Shown one piece after another: positions 62,580 to 64,000 of a stretch of 64,000 bases of DNA; the stretch's first letter is position 1, and every line of letters starts with the position of its first letter. Source of the stretch: the human T2T-CHM13v2.0 reference genome, Homo sapiens; assembly GCF_009914755.1 (NCBI RefSeq), contig NC_060938.1. One strand, 5' to 3'. The position numbers and the translations under genes are program-made. The notes under the pieces are model-generated. The model searched no databases and had not been told where the DNA came from. It worked only from the letters and a program-made list of their open reading frames with translations.

Positions 62580-62612
62580 CTGGTTATCCCTTCACGGAGA
62601 ATCCTGAAGAAT
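62580..62612 (-). other. MYH6: MYH6 non-coding exon 2
   Basis: cag|ATTCTTCAGG...TAACCAG|gtgag. Confidence 0.8.
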
Positions 62613-63256
62613 CTGGACCGTGGGTGGAGCAAGGAACAACAGAGGTAGAGCCGGGCAGAGAGAAGAACAGATGAGGAGAGTGAAGAACAACAGAGGCAGG
62701 CCACCCGGGGATGGAGGCAGCCCCAGAGCGCAGACAGGCAGGACAGACCAGGGAGTCAGAAAGGGAAAGACGCAGAGGCAGAAAAGAAAGGGCACCGAGT
62801 CAATATGAGTGCGAGGGACGGGGTGTGGAAACAGGGTTAGAAGCAGAGAGGCAGGGAGGTGAGAACACGTGCCAAGAAGGAAGGACAAGGGAGAGAGACA
62901 AAGAAGCATGATTGTGACAAGTGTCGATGAAGACCAAGAGGCAAGATAAAACCAGGATCAAGGGAAGGAAGCCATCCAAAGGAGGAAGGAAGATGGAAAG
63001 ATGGAGACAACATGTAGGAGACTCAGAATGATGCAGAGAAAGAAATGGAGAGTCAGAGAAGGAGAAAAGAGGTTTCTGGGTTTCCTGTGGAACCTCCTTG
63101 TGTCAGGGGGAACTTCCCTGGGCCTGGAGATAGGCAGTTTTAATAGAGCCCTTAGGCCTCCAACTGACCTGCACCCCACTCCTGGTGAAGGAGGTCCCTC
63201 ACGGTGGGGGCTCTGTGGACGGGCTGCAGGGCATCCCACCCCAAACCTCCTCTTAC

Positions 63257-63283
63257 CTGGGCCGCAGGAGTCTCTCTATCTGT
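63257..63283 (-). other. MYH6: MYH6 non-coding exon 1 / TSS
   Basis: AGATAGAGAGACTCCTGCGGCCCAG|gtaag, starting about 20-25 nt downstream of the TATA box; exact TSS is approximate. Confidence 0.75.
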
Positions 63284-63300
63284 CCTCAAAGCTCCAGTTC

Positions 63301-63308
63301 CTTTATAT
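63301..63308 (-). promoter_or_regulatory. MYH6 TATA box
   Basis: ATATAAAG on the minus strand. Confidence 0.85.
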
Positions 63309-63329
63309 CCCGTTTCCCCCACCCTCTGT

Positions 63330-63339
63330 CTAAATTTGG
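63330..63339 (-). promoter_or_regulatory. CArG-like (SRF) element
   Basis: CCAAATTTAG, one mismatch from CC(A/T)6GG. Confidence 0.6.
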
Positions 63340-63413
63340 AGTCCTTCCGGAGGGACCCTCCCTCCCACCTCTCTCCCCTCCTGGCTCCTCCTCCTTTGAT
63401 CCTTTGGCTCTGG

Positions 63414-63429
63414 AGGTGACAGGAGGACA
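63414..63429 (+). promoter_or_regulatory. Thyroid hormone response element (DR4)
   Basis: AGGTGA-cagg-AGGACA, the classic alpha-MHC DR4 TRE. Confidence 0.85.
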
Positions 63430-63509
63430 GCAGGGCCCCCTGATTTGCCCAAGAAAGGTCTGCTGCCCCAGCCTCTCTGGCTCCACGGCCTTTTTTTAGT
63501 CCTTGGGCA

Positions 63510-63516
63510 CATTCCT
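63510..63516 (+). promoter_or_regulatory. M-CAT (TEAD) element
   Basis: CATTCCT. Confidence 0.7.
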
Positions 63517-63538
63517 CCCCTTCAAAGGGCTGATGAGC

Positions 63539-63544
63539 AGATAG
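63539..63544 (+). promoter_or_regulatory. GATA site
   Basis: AGATAG (WGATAR). Confidence 0.6.
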
Positions 63545-63602
63545 TGGGAAGACAGGACCTTCTCACACCGCCTCTCCCACCCTGCCATGGCCCTTACCTC
63601 AG

Positions 63603-63612
63603 TTATTTTTAA
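63603..63612 (-). promoter_or_regulatory. MEF2 A/T-rich element
   Basis: TTAAAAATAA on the minus strand fits YTA(A/T)4TAR. Confidence 0.75.
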
Positions 63613-64000
63613 CCCGAAGGGTGAACTGAAAACATGGGTGAGGGTCACCTTCTCCTGCAGGCCAAATGCCTGTCCTCCGCCTCCCAACCATGGGCTTTCC
63701 TCCCCTGTTCCCCAGCCTCTCCTTCCCATTCTGACCTCCCTCACACAGTCCCAGGCTGGGAGCATCTTCCTGCTGTTAGTACTGGAGCCCCCAGTGCTAG
63801 GGACTAAAAGCTGCAGTATGGTGCCCAGGGAAGGGATCTGTTGTCCATCTCCATGGCTCAGTTTTCTTTTGTCAGGAAATTCTGTCCTGGCCTCAGTCTG
63901 CATAAGTGCCATGCCTGGTCTCCTTCTGTTCCCCAAGTCTTCAGACAAGTGTTCTCCCAAGGTCTTGAGGCCACCCTGGTTTGGGGACACGTCTGGAGTC

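Overview
Human genomic DNA, recognisable as the chr14q11.2 cluster SLC22A17(-), EFS(-), IL25(+), CMTM5(+), MYH6(-), with MIR208A inside MYH6 intron 29 and the MYH6 proximal promoter at the right end. I rebuilt all five genes exon by exon from the splice sites. The summed lengths give complete ORFs of 520/538 aa (631/649 aa from an upstream CUG), 561 aa, 161/177 aa, 156/223 aa and 1939 aa. The rest is Alu, L2, MIR, L1, hAT MER and LTR relics plus two CpG islands. Most ORFs in the supplied track are GC-rich, intron-readthrough or antisense artefacts. I see no new gene system. The best leads are: (1) a CUG-initiated 111-aa N-terminal extension of SLC22A17 that supplies the otherwise missing SLC22 N-terminal motif and TM1, with out-of-frame AUG traps downstream; (2) an ~80% identical copy of part of SLC22A17 exon 2 sitting inside an L2 upstream of the gene; (3) an old 22-bp-period tandem array filling a SLC22A17 intron; (4) an Alu-tail (GAA)26 in MYH6 intron 15; (5) a weak GC-AG intron 26 in MYH6; (6) an IL25 retained intron that turns the first AUG into a uORF; (7) candidate POU-octamer (IL25) and dimeric SOX10 (CMTM5) sites. 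Repeat boundaries are approximate and were identified by eye.
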